A stretch of DNA of 64,000 bases from an uncultured Coprococcus sp. (lineage in GTDB: Bacteria; Bacillota; Clostridia; Lachnospirales; Lachnospiraceae), in the NCBI GenBank assembly GCA_900548215.1, contig URJI01000003.1, positions 3,767 through 67,766 on the forward strand. Reading direction: 5' to 3'. The translations under genes and the position numbers were made by a program. Below are positions 17,084 through 29,400 of the stretch, one piece after another (the stretch's first letter is position 1; every line of letters begins with the position of its first letter). The notes under the pieces were generated by a model. That model was not told the origin of the DNA and did no database searches. It saw only the letters and a program-made list of their open reading frames with translations.

Positions 17084-17893
17084 TTATTCTTCTGATGTAG
17101 TGTCAACGCTTAGAGTGAAGTCAGCCTCCTCGAGTGCCTCTTTCTTGAAATCTTCTATCTTGTCAGGACTTATAAGCGGAAGATCATTTGTTGATGAGAC
17201 ACCAAAGCATCTGAGAAACTCTTCTGTTGTTCCAAACATGATAGGCCTGCCCGGGGCATCAAGTCTTCCGACTTCCTGCACAAGATTGTATTCGATGAGC
17301 TTGTTTATCGCATGAACACAGGATACTCCTCTGATGGCTTCTATCTCGGGTCTGGTTATAGGCTGCTTGTATGCTATGATAGACAATGTCTCAAGCACCA
17401 CATCTGTAAGGGAAAGTTTCTTTGGTGTGTTGACTATCTTAGCCAATACCCCATAATATTCATTTCTGGTACAAAGCTGCAGTGATCCGTCAAGATCAAT
17501 TATCTTGATTCCCCTGTCGCTGTTGTTGTAGTTATATACTACATTCTCAAGCTGCTTTGTAAGTTTGCGCTTGTCCATCTCAAAAGCAGTTGCCAGCCTG
17601 TCAATAGATACAGATTCTCCAACTGAGAAAAGTATAGCCTCAAGTGCAGATGTCAGATACTCATCACTGTACTCTTTAAATTGTGGCTCCTGGTCTGCCT
17701 CTTCATTCTCTGATGAATCATTATTCTCTGATTTCTGAACGGCTATATCTGTTTTGTCCGCAATATCTATATTGTCCGTGTTATCTGCAGTGTTTGCACT
17801 ATCTGCGTTGTCTGTAGCTGTATTGTTTGTAGTGTCTGTGTTATCTGCAGTTGATACATTCTGATCTTCGTTCTGTAACTCTTCGTTGTTCAT
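17084..17893 (-). CDS. scpB: SMC-Scp complex subunit ScpB with an acidic N-terminal extension
   Basis: LETLSIIAYKQPITRPEIEAIRGV and GRPIMFGTTEEFLRCFG. Likely start MNNEE at 17893. Confidence 0.93.
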   Translation of the reverse strand: MNNEELQNEDQNVSTADNTDTTNNTATDNADSANTADNTDNIDIADKTDIAVQKSENNDSSENEEADQEPQFKEYSDEYLTSALEAILFSVGESVSIDRLATAFEMDKRKLTKQLENVVYNYNNSDRGIKIIDLDGSLQLCTRNEYYGVLAKIVNTPKKLSLTDVVLETLSIIAYKQPITRPEIEAIRGVSCVHAINKLIEYNLVQEVGRLDAPGRPIMFGTTEEFLRCFGVSSTNDLPLISPDKIEDFKKEALEEADFTLSVDTTSEE

Positions 17894-17909
17894 CGTAACC
17901 TCATCCAAT

Positions 17910-18668
17910 CTATATAGTATCCAGAGAGTCGATAATAATCTCTCCAAATATCTCTTCCTGCCTTATAGTAATAGCACCAATCTTCATAAGCTCCAAAATG
18001 GCAAGGAAAGTGACTATCACATTCATCTTCGATGCCTGCATCTCAAGCAAAGTTCTGAAGTTTATTCCTTCAAGACCTCTGACCTGTTCCCTGATCTCCG
18101 CCATCTTTTCCTCAAGTGATATCTCTTCTCTCTCTATCTCCTTGAATTTGCTTCGGATAGGATCAACCTTATCAACCTGCTTTCTCATAACTGATTTGAA
18201 AATCTCATTCAGCTTCTCAAGATCTATATCTGCCTTTGATATCAGTTCATATGGATCGACATCCTGCTTGACATTCTTTACCTCTGCGGGTATCGTCGCC
18301 TTTTTGAAAAGCATCTTATTACCCTCTAGTTCAAGATCCTTCAACTCACTGGCAGCATACTTATACATCTTATACTCAAGAAGTCGTCTGACGAGTTCTT
18401 CTCTTGGATCATCCTCGTCTTCCTCTTCCTCCTCATCCTTAGGCAGAAGCATCTTGGATTTGATCTTGATAAGTGTTGCTGCCATGACAAGGAACTCGCT
18501 CATAATATCGAGATCCTCTTCTTCCATGTTGTTCACATAGTCAAGATACTGCTCTGTAATACTGACAATCGGTATATCATATATATTAACTTTATTCTTC
18601 TCAATCAAATGTAACAGAAGATCCAATGGCCCTTCGAATACATTCAGCTTTACGTCTATAGCAGACAT
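17910..18668 (-). CDS. scpA: Segregation and condensation protein A
   Basis: FEGPLDLLLHLI, EFLVMAATLIKIKSKMLLP and TFLAILELMK motifs. Confidence 0.96.
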   Translation of the reverse strand: MSAIDVKLNVFEGPLDLLLHLIEKNKVNIYDIPIVSITEQYLDYVNNMEEEDLDIMSEFLVMAATLIKIKSKMLLPKDEEEEEDEDDPREELVRRLLEYKMYKYAASELKDLELEGNKMLFKKATIPAEVKNVKQDVDPYELISKADIDLEKLNEIFKSVMRKQVDKVDPIRSKFKEIEREEISLEEKMAEIREQVRGLEGINFRTLLEMQASKMNVIVTFLAILELMKIGAITIRQEEIFGEIIIDSLDTI

Positions 18669-18714
18669 CAGCAAAACCTCATTTGTTTATTTTTATGCCA
18701 TGCCATTGCACGAC

Positions 18715-18748
18715 AAATGTCTAAGGCATGAAACACCTTAGACATTTT
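18715..18748. terminator. Hairpin terminator after spoIVA
   Basis: AAATGTCTAAGG / CCTTAGACATTT perfect 12-bp arms. Confidence 0.65.
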
Positions 18749-18775
18749 AACATAGCAAAGCATCAATATGCAATC

Positions 18776-20242
18776 TTATATTATGATGCACACCATTCCG
18801 CCATTTCCATCATTTACAATCTTCTCCATGGTGTTCTGAAGTTTATGCTGGCTCTCAGCACCTATCTTGCTCACCTTAGTATTAAGGCCATCATCCACAA
18901 GCTGCTCTATCGTCTTGCCAAATATATTTACATTCCATATATTTCCATCTTCACTGTTGTCGGAGATATAAGTGACCAGATCATCTGCCTGTTCCTTGGT
19001 TCCAACTAGAGGCATAATCTCCGTGCTGACATTTGCCTTGATCATGTTTACTGATGGTGCACTTGCCGTTATCCTGACTCCAAATTTACTTCCCGTCTTT
19101 ACCACTTCCGGAACCCCAAGCTGTATATTGTCCCTGTCCGGCATGACAAGTCCATACCCATTGGATTTCACCTGTTCCATTGCTCCCATTATATTCATAC
19201 AGAAGTTCTTATTGCCCGACATCTGCTTAAGTTCTGTTATGAAGTCATATTCATTTGTAATGTCAGCTCCCATCATCTCTGAAAGCATCTGATAATAGAA
19301 GCTGCTATTAATATCAACCGATACATACACCTTGCCATCTGCCATATTGATATTATTGCATCTGTAGCTATTCACATACGAATTTTCCGGAAATTCTATA
19401 TCATCGATATCCCTGAGACAATTCACCATGGCATTTATATGTGCTGCATCACATATCACACTATTTTTCACCTCATTGCTTTCATCTGCAACCTCAAGCC
19501 ACTTAGGAATATCAAAATACACAGCAGTAACCGGAAAACTCATCAAAAGTTCAGAAAATATGTATGTAATATCGGAGTCACTCAGCTGCTCTATATTTAC
19601 CGGAATCACACTGGCTCCATATGTATCTGAAAGCTCACTTGACAAAGCCTTTGCCTGACTGCCAGATGGTTTATCTGTATTTAATAATACAACAAATGGT
19701 TTTCCTATACCTTTTAATTCCTCAATCGTCTTCGCTTCAGCATCAATATAGCTTTCTCTTGGCAAATCACCAAAGCTTCCATCAGTTGTCACAACTATAC
19801 CAACCGTAGAATGATTGTTTATAACCTTACTGGTTCCAATCTCAGCCGCCTTTGAAAATGGAATATCATAATCAAACCACGGTGTTCTCACCATACGCTC
19901 CCTGCCATCTTCAAGCTGTCCCTCAGCATCTTTCACAACATATCCAACACAGTCGATCATCTTGATCTTCATATCAATATTGCCACCAACATTTATTGAT
20001 ACCGCGTCCTTTGGTATGAATTTCGGTTCTGTTGTCATGATGGTCTTCCCCGCAGCAGATTGTGGAAGCTCATCCTGAGCCAATTCTCTGTCATTCTCAT
20101 TTGATATGTGTGGTATAACCATCTGACTCATAAATCTTTTTATGAATGTTGATTTTCCAGTTCTCACCGGCCCAACAACACCTATGTATATCTCTCCATT
20201 TGTCCTGGCGCTGATATCTTGATATACCTGATACTCCTCCAT
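18776..20242 (-). CDS. spoIVA: Stage IV sporulation protein A (spore coat ATPase)
   Basis: IYIGVVGPVRTGKSTFIKRF, DELPQSAAGKTIMTTEPKF, C-terminal GGMVCIII. Start MEEYQ at 20242 after GGAGG. Confidence 0.97.
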   Translation of the reverse strand: MEEYQVYQDISARTNGEIYIGVVGPVRTGKSTFIKRFMSQMVIPHISNENDRELAQDELPQSAAGKTIMTTEPKFIPKDAVSINVGGNIDMKIKMIDCVGYVVKDAEGQLEDGRERMVRTPWFDYDIPFSKAAEIGTSKVINNHSTVGIVVTTDGSFGDLPRESYIDAEAKTIEELKGIGKPFVVLLNTDKPSGSQAKALSSELSDTYGASVIPVNIEQLSDSDITYIFSELLMSFPVTAVYFDIPKWLEVADESNEVKNSVICDAAHINAMVNCLRDIDDIEFPENSYVNSYRCNNINMADGKVYVSVDINSSFYYQMLSEMMGADITNEYDFITELKQMSGNKNFCMNIMGAMEQVKSNGYGLVMPDRDNIQLGVPEVVKTGSKFGVRITASAPSVNMIKANVSTEIMPLVGTKEQADDLVTYISDNSEDGNIWNVNIFGKTIEQLVDDGLNTKVSKIGAESQHKLQNTMEKIVNDGNGGMVCIII

Positions 20243-20323
20243 ATGACCTCCTATACACGAATTTTGTTCACATAATATTGTTATGGTATACAAATCATGT
20301 TGCTAATCAAGTTTCCTATATAT

Positions 20324-20352
20324 AAGTTATGTCTCAAGGCCTGATTTTATGT
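20324..20352 (-). promoter_or_regulatory. Putative sigmaE promoter of spoIVA
   Basis: Minus strand CATAAA-N14-CATAACTT fits the sigmaE spacing and consensus; spoIVA is a known sigmaE gene. Confidence 0.55.
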
Positions 20353-20354
20353 AT

Positions 20355-20394
20355 AAAAAATGCCCATCCATAGTCACCTATGAATGGGCATCTT
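20355..20394 (-). terminator. Terminator of the giant adhesin gene
   Basis: ATGCCCAT-CATAG / CTATG-ATGGGCAT hairpin followed by a T-run on the minus strand. Confidence 0.7.
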
Positions 20395-20422
20395 AACTTT
20401 GATAATGAAACCTCAATAATAA

Positions 20423-23400
20423 TTACTGATTGCTCTGCTTATCCTTTTTTCTCTTGTATATTACTATACATCCACATCCGCCAAGGCTGACGAAAAGAAT
20501 CAATGCAATCGGTATAATCGGAACCTGATCTCCTGTATCAGGATGATGCTTGTCCTCTGTTGTTACTTCTGTTGTCTGCGTGGTTTCAGTTGTCTGAGTC
20601 GTTTCTGTCGTCTCAGTTGTCTCAGTTGTCTCAGTCGTTTCAGTTGTCTGCGTGGTTTCAGTTGTCTCAGTTGTCTCAGTTGTTTCAGTTGTTTCAGTTG
20701 TCTCAGTCGTTGTTGTCTTCTTATCAACCATTGTTATAGTGACAACTGTATCCTCTCCGGCTGCAACCTTATCATCAGATACTGTAAATTCTATATCTTT
20801 GGCAAGGTCATATCCAGATGGAGCCTTGATCTCTCTGAGCGTATATGTCTGACCGGCTGCCAGAACACCTACGATCTCATAACTGTGTCCATCTGTTATC
20901 CACTCATCAACCATCTTTCCGTCAGCATCCTCAAGTCTGAGTGTAGCACCCTTTAATGGAACTCCATCCTCATCCACCTTATCAAATAAATATTTGACTG
21001 TTGGCTCAAGCCATGTAATATTGCCATTATTATCAATAATAACAGTAGCCTTACCTGAATCTGGATTCACTCCACTGTCAAATGAATCAACAATCACATT
21101 GCCATTATCATCTTTTATGAACTTGATCGAGATAGGCTTTTCAGATACATAATATCCATCTGGAGACTGTATCTCCTTTATAACGTACTCTGTATCTACG
21201 AGTATTCCTTCAAACTTAAGCTCACCATTCTCATCCGTAGTGGCCTTAGCTATCAGCTCATCCTCACCGTTCTCATCTTTCTTATAAAGTCCATATACCG
21301 AATTAGGAAGCTTGACTCCATTATCTTCTTCAGAAACCTTAGATATCTTAATATCTGTTCTTGGAAGATCGTTCACAAGTGTATTATTTTCAACACCGTT
21401 AAGTGATGCTGGCTCTTCGCTGTCTGCTGTGACTTCCGCAGTGTAAACCGTGTCATCAATGATGTAACCGCCCTCAGCCGACTTCTCCTTTATCAGATAT
21501 GTTCCTGTCTTAAGATTGTCAAATACTACAGTACCACCTACGCTCTTAGCTGTCGCTATCTCATTTGCCAAATCAGTATCGTCTGCGCTGTAAAGTGCAA
21601 ATTCTACTCCGTCAAGCATCTTAAGATCATCTGCATTCTCAGCACATGACTCTTTATACAGACCAGCTTTTGTGAAGCTGATAGATCCAAGTCTGTATGT
21701 ATCTACAAACTGAACATCTGTATCCTTGCCATTTGTAAGTCTGATAGATGGTGTCTTGTCACCGTCGCCATCTGTACCGTCCACAGTGTATGTAACGCTT
21801 ACAGCAGATCCGTCGTAAGTGTATGCTGTCTCTTCAACCGTATATCTGCCGTTTGGCACATTTACAAGCATTATCTCATACTTGCCATTTCCAAGGTCTT
21901 TTACATCTGGATCTGTAAGTTTTATCGTCTTGCTGTATCCGTTATCTCCTGTGACATTAAATGTGATATTGTGTGCCACATCATCAGGGGCAACATCACC
22001 ATTTATTGTCTTTGTAAGCTTGATATTGTTCGGCTTGTATGTATTTGTGATGTCATATCCATCAACTGATGCATAATAACCTGTAACAGGAGTTTCCTCA
22101 ACTGTGTATACAATCTTCTGACCATCCTTGTACTCATCAAGATTGTCAAATTCGTACTTCCAGTCACCTGCAGCTGTCACTGTCTTAGAATCAACTACCT
22201 GACCATCTGCAAGAAGCTTAACTGTAATCTCATCAGGTCTCTGATTGTCTCTGTTGTTGTCGTCATCCCATGTCTTGATACCACTGACTGATACCTTTGA
22301 TGGTATGTGTGTGTTTTCAACCTCAAACTCACCATTGTCTATAAACCGTAAATCTGTTGAGTAACCGTCGATAGTTGTAAGCTCTTTTACTCTATATACT
22401 ATCGTATTACCGGCCTTCTTCTCATCAAGACCCGACCATGTTGTAGTCCAGTTGTTTGATTCGCTGAGTGTAGTTTCAGAACCGGCTACACGGTTGCCAT
22501 CTGCAAGAAGTACCACTTTGACAGAAGGAGCTCTCTTTCCGTCCTGGTTATCCGCATCATTCCAGACCTTAGTAACCTTTACACTGGTCTTGCCTGGCGT
22601 ATAGCTGTTCTTGATATCATAGCCTGTAACCTCAGATGAATAATCTGCGACCTCATTCTCTGATATCGTGTATTTGATCTTTTGACCATTACTGTACTTT
22701 GGAAGATCTGTAAAGCTGTACTTCCAATTGCCTGAAGCATCAGGCTCTACAACCTTATCTGCATACTTCACACCGTCTGCCAAAAGGTTGACTTTGATAC
22801 TTTCTGGTCTCTTGCCATCCTGATTGTCTGCATCATCCCAGGTCTTTGTTCCTGAAATCGTTATCTTCTCTGGTGTGTAGCTGTTCGTGATTATGAAACT
22901 GTTTGGTCCGTCCTCACTTACAACTGATGTATACTCACCGAGGCTGCCAACCTCTTTGACTGTATATACTATAGTCTGTCCGGCTTTCTTCTCATCAAGA
23001 TCTGTCCATGTATATGTCCAGCCCATCGCCTCTGTAAGAGCTACAGCTTCGCCATATGCAACGCCGTCTGCATAGAGCTGAACGTTAACTGTCTCAAATC
23101 TCTTGCCGTCCCTGTTGTTGTCATCATCCCAGATCTTGCTGACCTTAACCATGGTCTTGCCTGGTGTGTAACTGTTCTTGATGTTATAGCCTGTAACCTC
23201 TGCTGTATATCCATCTACGTTATCTTCTGTTACAGTGTATACGATCTTCTGACCGTTACTATACTTTGGAAGATCTGTAAAGCTGTACTTCCAGTTGCCT
23301 GAAGCATCAGGCTCAACAACCTTGTCTGCATACTTCACACCATCTGCATAAAGATTGACTTTGATACTCTCTGGTCTCTTGCCATCCTGATTGTCTGCAT

Positions 23401-26400
23401 CATCCCAGGTCTTTGTTCCTGAAATCGTTATCTTCTCTGGTGTGTAGCTGTTCGTGATTATGAAACTGTTTGGTCCGTCCTCACTTACAACTGATGTATA
23501 CTCACCGAGGCTGCCAACCTCTTTGACTGTATATACTATAGTCTGTCCGGCTTTCTTCTCATCAAGATCCGTCCATGCATATACCCAGTCCGTCGCCTCT
23601 GTAAGAGTTACAACATCGCCATATGCAACGCCGTCTGCATAGAGCTGAACGCTAACTGTCTCTAATCTCTTTCCGTCCCTGTTGTCATCATCATCCCAGA
23701 CCTTGCCAACCTTAACCATTGTCTTGCCCGGTGTGTAACTGTTCTTGATGTTATATCCTGTAACCTCTGCTGTATATCCCTCTACATTATCTTCTGATAC
23801 AGTGTATACGATCTTCTGACCGTTATTGTACTTTGGAAGATCCGTAAAGCTGTAATTCCAGTTGCCTGAAGCATCAGGCTCCACATCCTTGCTTGCATAC
23901 TTTATGCCATCTGCATAGAGATTAACCTTTATGCTGGTTGGTCTTGTTCCATCCTGATTATCGCCATCATCCCAGGTCTTTGTTCCACTGATATCGATCG
24001 TCTCAGGTGTGTGTCTATTGGTTATCGTATAACCATTCTCAGCATCACCGGTTATATCTGTGTCATATCCAGCAACAGCATCCTCAGTTACGGTGTATGT
24101 GATTTTGTGACCATTCTCATATTTTGGAAGACCGGTAAATGTAAACTCCCAATTATCCGCTGCTGTAATGGTCTTAGATTTCTTCTTCACGCCATTTGCA
24201 AGCAGGTTGACAGTGATACTTTCGTCTCTCATACCATCCTGGTTATCTGCATCATCCCATACCTTTGTACCGCTGACCTGCGTTGTCTCCGGTACATAGC
24301 TGTTTGTGATGACAAATCCATCTGCCATATTGCCTGTAGGTTCACCTGATGTGTATCCCTCAGGAACCTCAGTCTCCTTTACGGTATATATGATCTTCTG
24401 TCCTGCACTATATATTGCAAGATTATCCCAGGTATAAGTCCATCCGTCATCTGCTGTCAATGTGATCTCTTCTCCAACAGGAGTTCCATCTGCATAGAGC
24501 TGAACCTTTATACTGCCCGGTCTCTTGCCGTCCTGATTATCCGCATCGTCCCAGTTCTTTGTAACTGATATACTTGTCTTACCAGGTGTGTAACTATTTG
24601 TTACATTGTATCCATCTATTGCTGTTGAATAATTTTCAACTGCGTCCTCTGTGATCGTGTATACGATCTCCTGCTTGTTGCTGTATTTTGGAAGATCTGT
24701 GAAGCTGTACTTCCAGTTACCAGAAGCATCTGGCTCTACCTTTTTGCTTGCATACTTTACACCATCTGCAAACAGGTTGATATTTATGCTCTCAGGTCTC
24801 TTGCCATCCTGATTATCTGCGTCATCCCATGTCTTTGTTCCGCTAATCGCTATCTTCTCAGGTGTATAGCTGTTCGTGATCACAAATCCGTCTTCTGCGC
24901 TTCCAGTTGTCTCAGAAGTATAATCTCCAAGATCACTTATCTCCTTTACAGTGTATGTGATCTTGTTACCATTCTTGTTGACATCAAGTCCTGTCCATGT
25001 ATGCGCCCAGTTGTTGTCATCGCTCAGTTCAGCTTCTGAATCAGTTATAACATCCCCATCAGCAAGAAGAACAACCTTGACCTTGTCTGATCTCTTGCCA
25101 TCCTGATTGTCTGCATCAACCCATTTCTTTGTGACAGAAATCTGAGTTTTCTTAGGTGAATAGGTATTCTTGATGTTGTATCCGGAAACAGCCGTATCAT
25201 ATCCTTCAACATTTTCCTCTGATACTGTATAAGTTATCAAAGTTCCATCATTATATTTTGGAAGATCTGCAAAGCTGTATGTCCAATTGCCATCAGCATC
25301 AGGTGTTACTTCTTTGCTGGCTGTCTTTACACCATTTGCAAGAAGATTGACTGTGATGCTGCCAGGTCTTGTTCCATCCTGATTATTACCGTCATCCCAG
25401 GTCTTTGTTCCACTTACATCAATTGTCTCAGGTGTATAACTGTTCGTAATGGTAAATCCATCCGTCATATTGCCTGTAGGTTCACCTGATGTGTATCCCT
25501 CAGGAATCTCAGTCTCCTTCACTGTATACGCAATATTATGACCAGCCTTCTTTACTGCAAGACCAGACCATGTATATGTCCAGCCATCGTCTGCTGTCAA
25601 AGTGATCTCTTCTCCAACAGGAGAACCATCAGCGTAGAGCTGAACCTTTATGCTCTCAGGTCTCTTGCCATCCTGATTATTCGCATCGTCCCAGTTCTTT
25701 GTCACTGATACGCTAGTCTTACCAGGTGTATAACTGTTTGTTACATTGTATCCGTCTATTGCTGTTGAATAGTTTTCAACTGCATCCTCTGTAATCGTAT
25801 ATACGATCACCTGCTTATTGCTGTATTTTGGAAGATCTGTGAAGCTGTACTTCCAATTGCCTGAAGCATCAGGCTCTACCTTCTTGCTTGCATACTTTAC
25901 ACCATTTGCAAGAAGATTGACTGTGATACTGCCAGGTCTTGTTCCATCCTGGTTGTCACCATCACTCCATGTCTTTGTTCCACTGATATTGATGGTCTCA
26001 GGTGTATGCTTGTTCAAGATATCATATCCTGTAATCTCAGCATCGTATCCTGTAACCGCATCTTCCTTGACGCTGTACTTTATCTCATTGCCAGCCGAAT
26101 CATACTTAGGAAGGCCTGTAAAACTGTATGTCCACTCTCCTGTAATAGCATCTGGTGTCACAGCAACATTGTCCACCTCATCATCGCCATTCATCAGACG
26201 GACTGTGATGTTCTCTGGTCTCATGCCATCCTGATCATCAGCATCATCCCATGTCTTTGTTCCACGGATGTCGACAAGCTCTTCATACTTGTTTACAAAT
26301 GTTATAGCAGTTATATCCCCATCGATAACCGTCACGTTATCTCCGATGGCTATTGTATTGCCATTCACTTCACATGTTACAGTGTGCTTGTAACCATCTA

Positions 26401-29400
26401 TGTCTGCATTTGACTCTGTGACCGTATATGTTCCGGCTGGAGCGTTGTCAATCACGTAGCTTCCAAGTACAAACTGATCATATGATATATGGGTCACGCC
26501 CTCATATGACGCAGGACCTGTAATATCAAATGTTATGGCTGCCTTCTGTGCATCTGTAAGTGAATCTCCGCCATCAAACATCTTGATGATCTGAAGTCTT
26601 CCAACATTGATTGTATTCGTAATCTTTACATCAGTTACAACGCCGTCAGAATCACGGGTTACGTCTACATCTCCTGTATAACCGCTTACCTCATTCTCAA
26701 CAACTGTGTATTTGATAATGTTGCCGTCTGCATCTTTCTTGTCAAGATCCGTAAATGTACCGCTCCATCCGTTCTCTTCGCTAAGAACGATCTGCTTATC
26801 AGCGATTATATCTGATGTTCCATCAGCCTTCTCAACAGCCAGATCAACAGTGACACTTGTCGGTCTCTTATTCAGCTTGTTATTGTTGTCGACCCATTCC
26901 TTTGTCACTGGAATCTCAGTCTTTTCAACTCGGACAGTCTTATCTGTATTCGTAATGGTGATCATGCCATTTACTGTACCATTGTTGTTATATGACACCG
27001 CAAAGTTCTCATCTGAGAATTCCTCTTCAGCAAAATAGAATAGATTCTTATTGTTACTGTCTACAACTGGCAGGGAAAGCTCACCACTTGTCCAGTTATT
27101 GCCCCTATTAAGTTTAACTGTTGCAACAGGTGTACTGTTTTTATCATAACTCGAAGATACTGTTGATGAATATATTTTCACAACCAGATCGCCATCCACT
27201 GGAATGTTCTCATCTGAAAGTGTTGAATTATTTGCATCCTTCCACAGCTTCTTTACCTGTATCTTTCTGTCTTCCGGCTGATTACTTATAGGGAGATCGA
27301 AATCGGCAATCTTATCTTCTCCCATACTAGTACCGCTTAATATAGGATATTTGACATCATCTATACCTTCAAGTATAGGACCCTTCTTCGAGTCCGCATC
27401 AGCGTTAAGGTTGTAAATATATACAGGCTCATCAAGAGTCTTATATCCATCCGGTGCACTAACCTCAACAAGCTTATAATAGAAGTTATAATACAGACTT
27501 CTGAGTGTGAGCTTACCTTCTGCATTCGTGATTCGCTCTTCGCTCGTATCAGGCTCTATGAGATGCCAGCTTGTATCTGAAAGATCATCCGGTGATCCAT
27601 ATCTGTAAAGTTCAAATTCTGCTCCTTTAAGTTTTATTCCAGACATGACTGCATCAGTCTTGATTATTGTCAAATGGAACTGCTTAACCTTTGATACGTA
27701 ATTAACTCCATCATCGTGTACTTCTGTCTCAACCCTGCTGCTGTCCGCAGAACTGACTGAACCAAGAATACCAACCTGGTTACTTATAGTAGTATCAAGT
27801 GCTCCTGTGTATGACAGAACATATTTATACTTTAATATCAGTTTTGTAGAATCAGGCACATTGAGTGTCAGTGTAGATTTCTTGGCACTGTTATCATCTA
27901 CATATGTATAACTGTACAGATTAGAAGGAACATTCCTTCCTGTGTCAGCATATACAAGCTGAAGTGAATCGGACTTAAGATATACATTATTAACTGATGC
28001 AGCAGATGAATAGTCATATGTGTCAACTACAGTAACTGTTCCTGTTGTTCCAAGCGTTTTGCCATCTTCATTGATATTTACAGTATATTCTATGCTCTTT
28101 GTATTCTTATCAAATGATCCAGCTGTCTTTGACATAGATGGCTTTGTTACAGTTACAGATGAGCTGTCGGTTTCTGTAGTCTTTGAGCCGTCTGATGATG
28201 TTATTGTTCCAGAACAATTGTTGACAAATGTCCTGTCATTCTCACTAATAGCAGCATCAACATCTGCATCTACCTTTACAGCATAGTACATCTCTATTTT
28301 GACTTTACTATCCCAGAAAGCCATGTCATCAATGCTGAAACTAAGCCTATTGCCATTAACAGATACATTCTTTACGTGATTTGAACCTTCCAAACCTGTT
28401 GAAGGATTGGTCTTATTGTCAGCATAATATGTTGCAAAATATACTCCATCAAGGCCTGAAACACACTCTCCCGTTCCATTTGGAAGTATCTCATTGCGGT
28501 GATTATTTATATACTGTGTATCAAGACTTGTTCCCTCAGGCAAAACGTCATAAAAATCAAGGACATCACCTTTTCCATATACAAAATTTTCGTTAAGAAC
28601 TACTTTGTATATGAATACATTATCATCTTTTACATATCCAACAATGCTGGACTTCTCGTCAACACCATTGCTAATGCTGTACTTCTTCACAATGGCTCCA
28701 TGAGTCTTTTTCTTGACCACGTAAGAATCCGAAACATCCTTTGATGAATTTGAAGTAGTAAATGTTCCATCATTCTTAGCTTCATAATTATCAGCATCAG
28801 TTTTTACTGTTGTTGAATATGTAAGCTCAATATTTTGAGCCTGTCCGTCGGCGTAATCAACATCCTTTAAGAATGTAATGACAAAGCCCATGATATCATA
28901 AGGATTACTTATACCCGAAAGATCATCAACAACTCGCTGATTCTCCCATCCACAAAATTCAGTTATCTGATAGCTCAACTTATAATCTGTGCCCTGAACC
29001 AAATCACCGACATGGATATTATTGATCTGTTCATTCGTAAAATAGTGATCAGATCTGTCAACATCAGGCCACTTCTTGTCAATCTTATCTGAATATGTAC
29101 TGCCTGCTGTTATCTTTCCTGAAATAGTAGTCTTCCATGCAAGTACGCTGCTATCATCACCATCTGTGATGCCAACAAATTTCTTTTTTACACCACCATT
29201 ATCAATTTCTACTTTGTCATTTGCGCTGTCTGAATCAGTTCCCTTAGTTATACCTACTTCGTTGTAATATGTATCAGTAAGCTTCTCACCCTCTGTGACA
29301 GCGGTCTCATATGTGAGAACAATCTTTGATCTGCGGTCGGAAAGTTCAATCTTATTAGTTCCATCTGTAAGATATACTTTACCGCCATCAAGAACTATTT

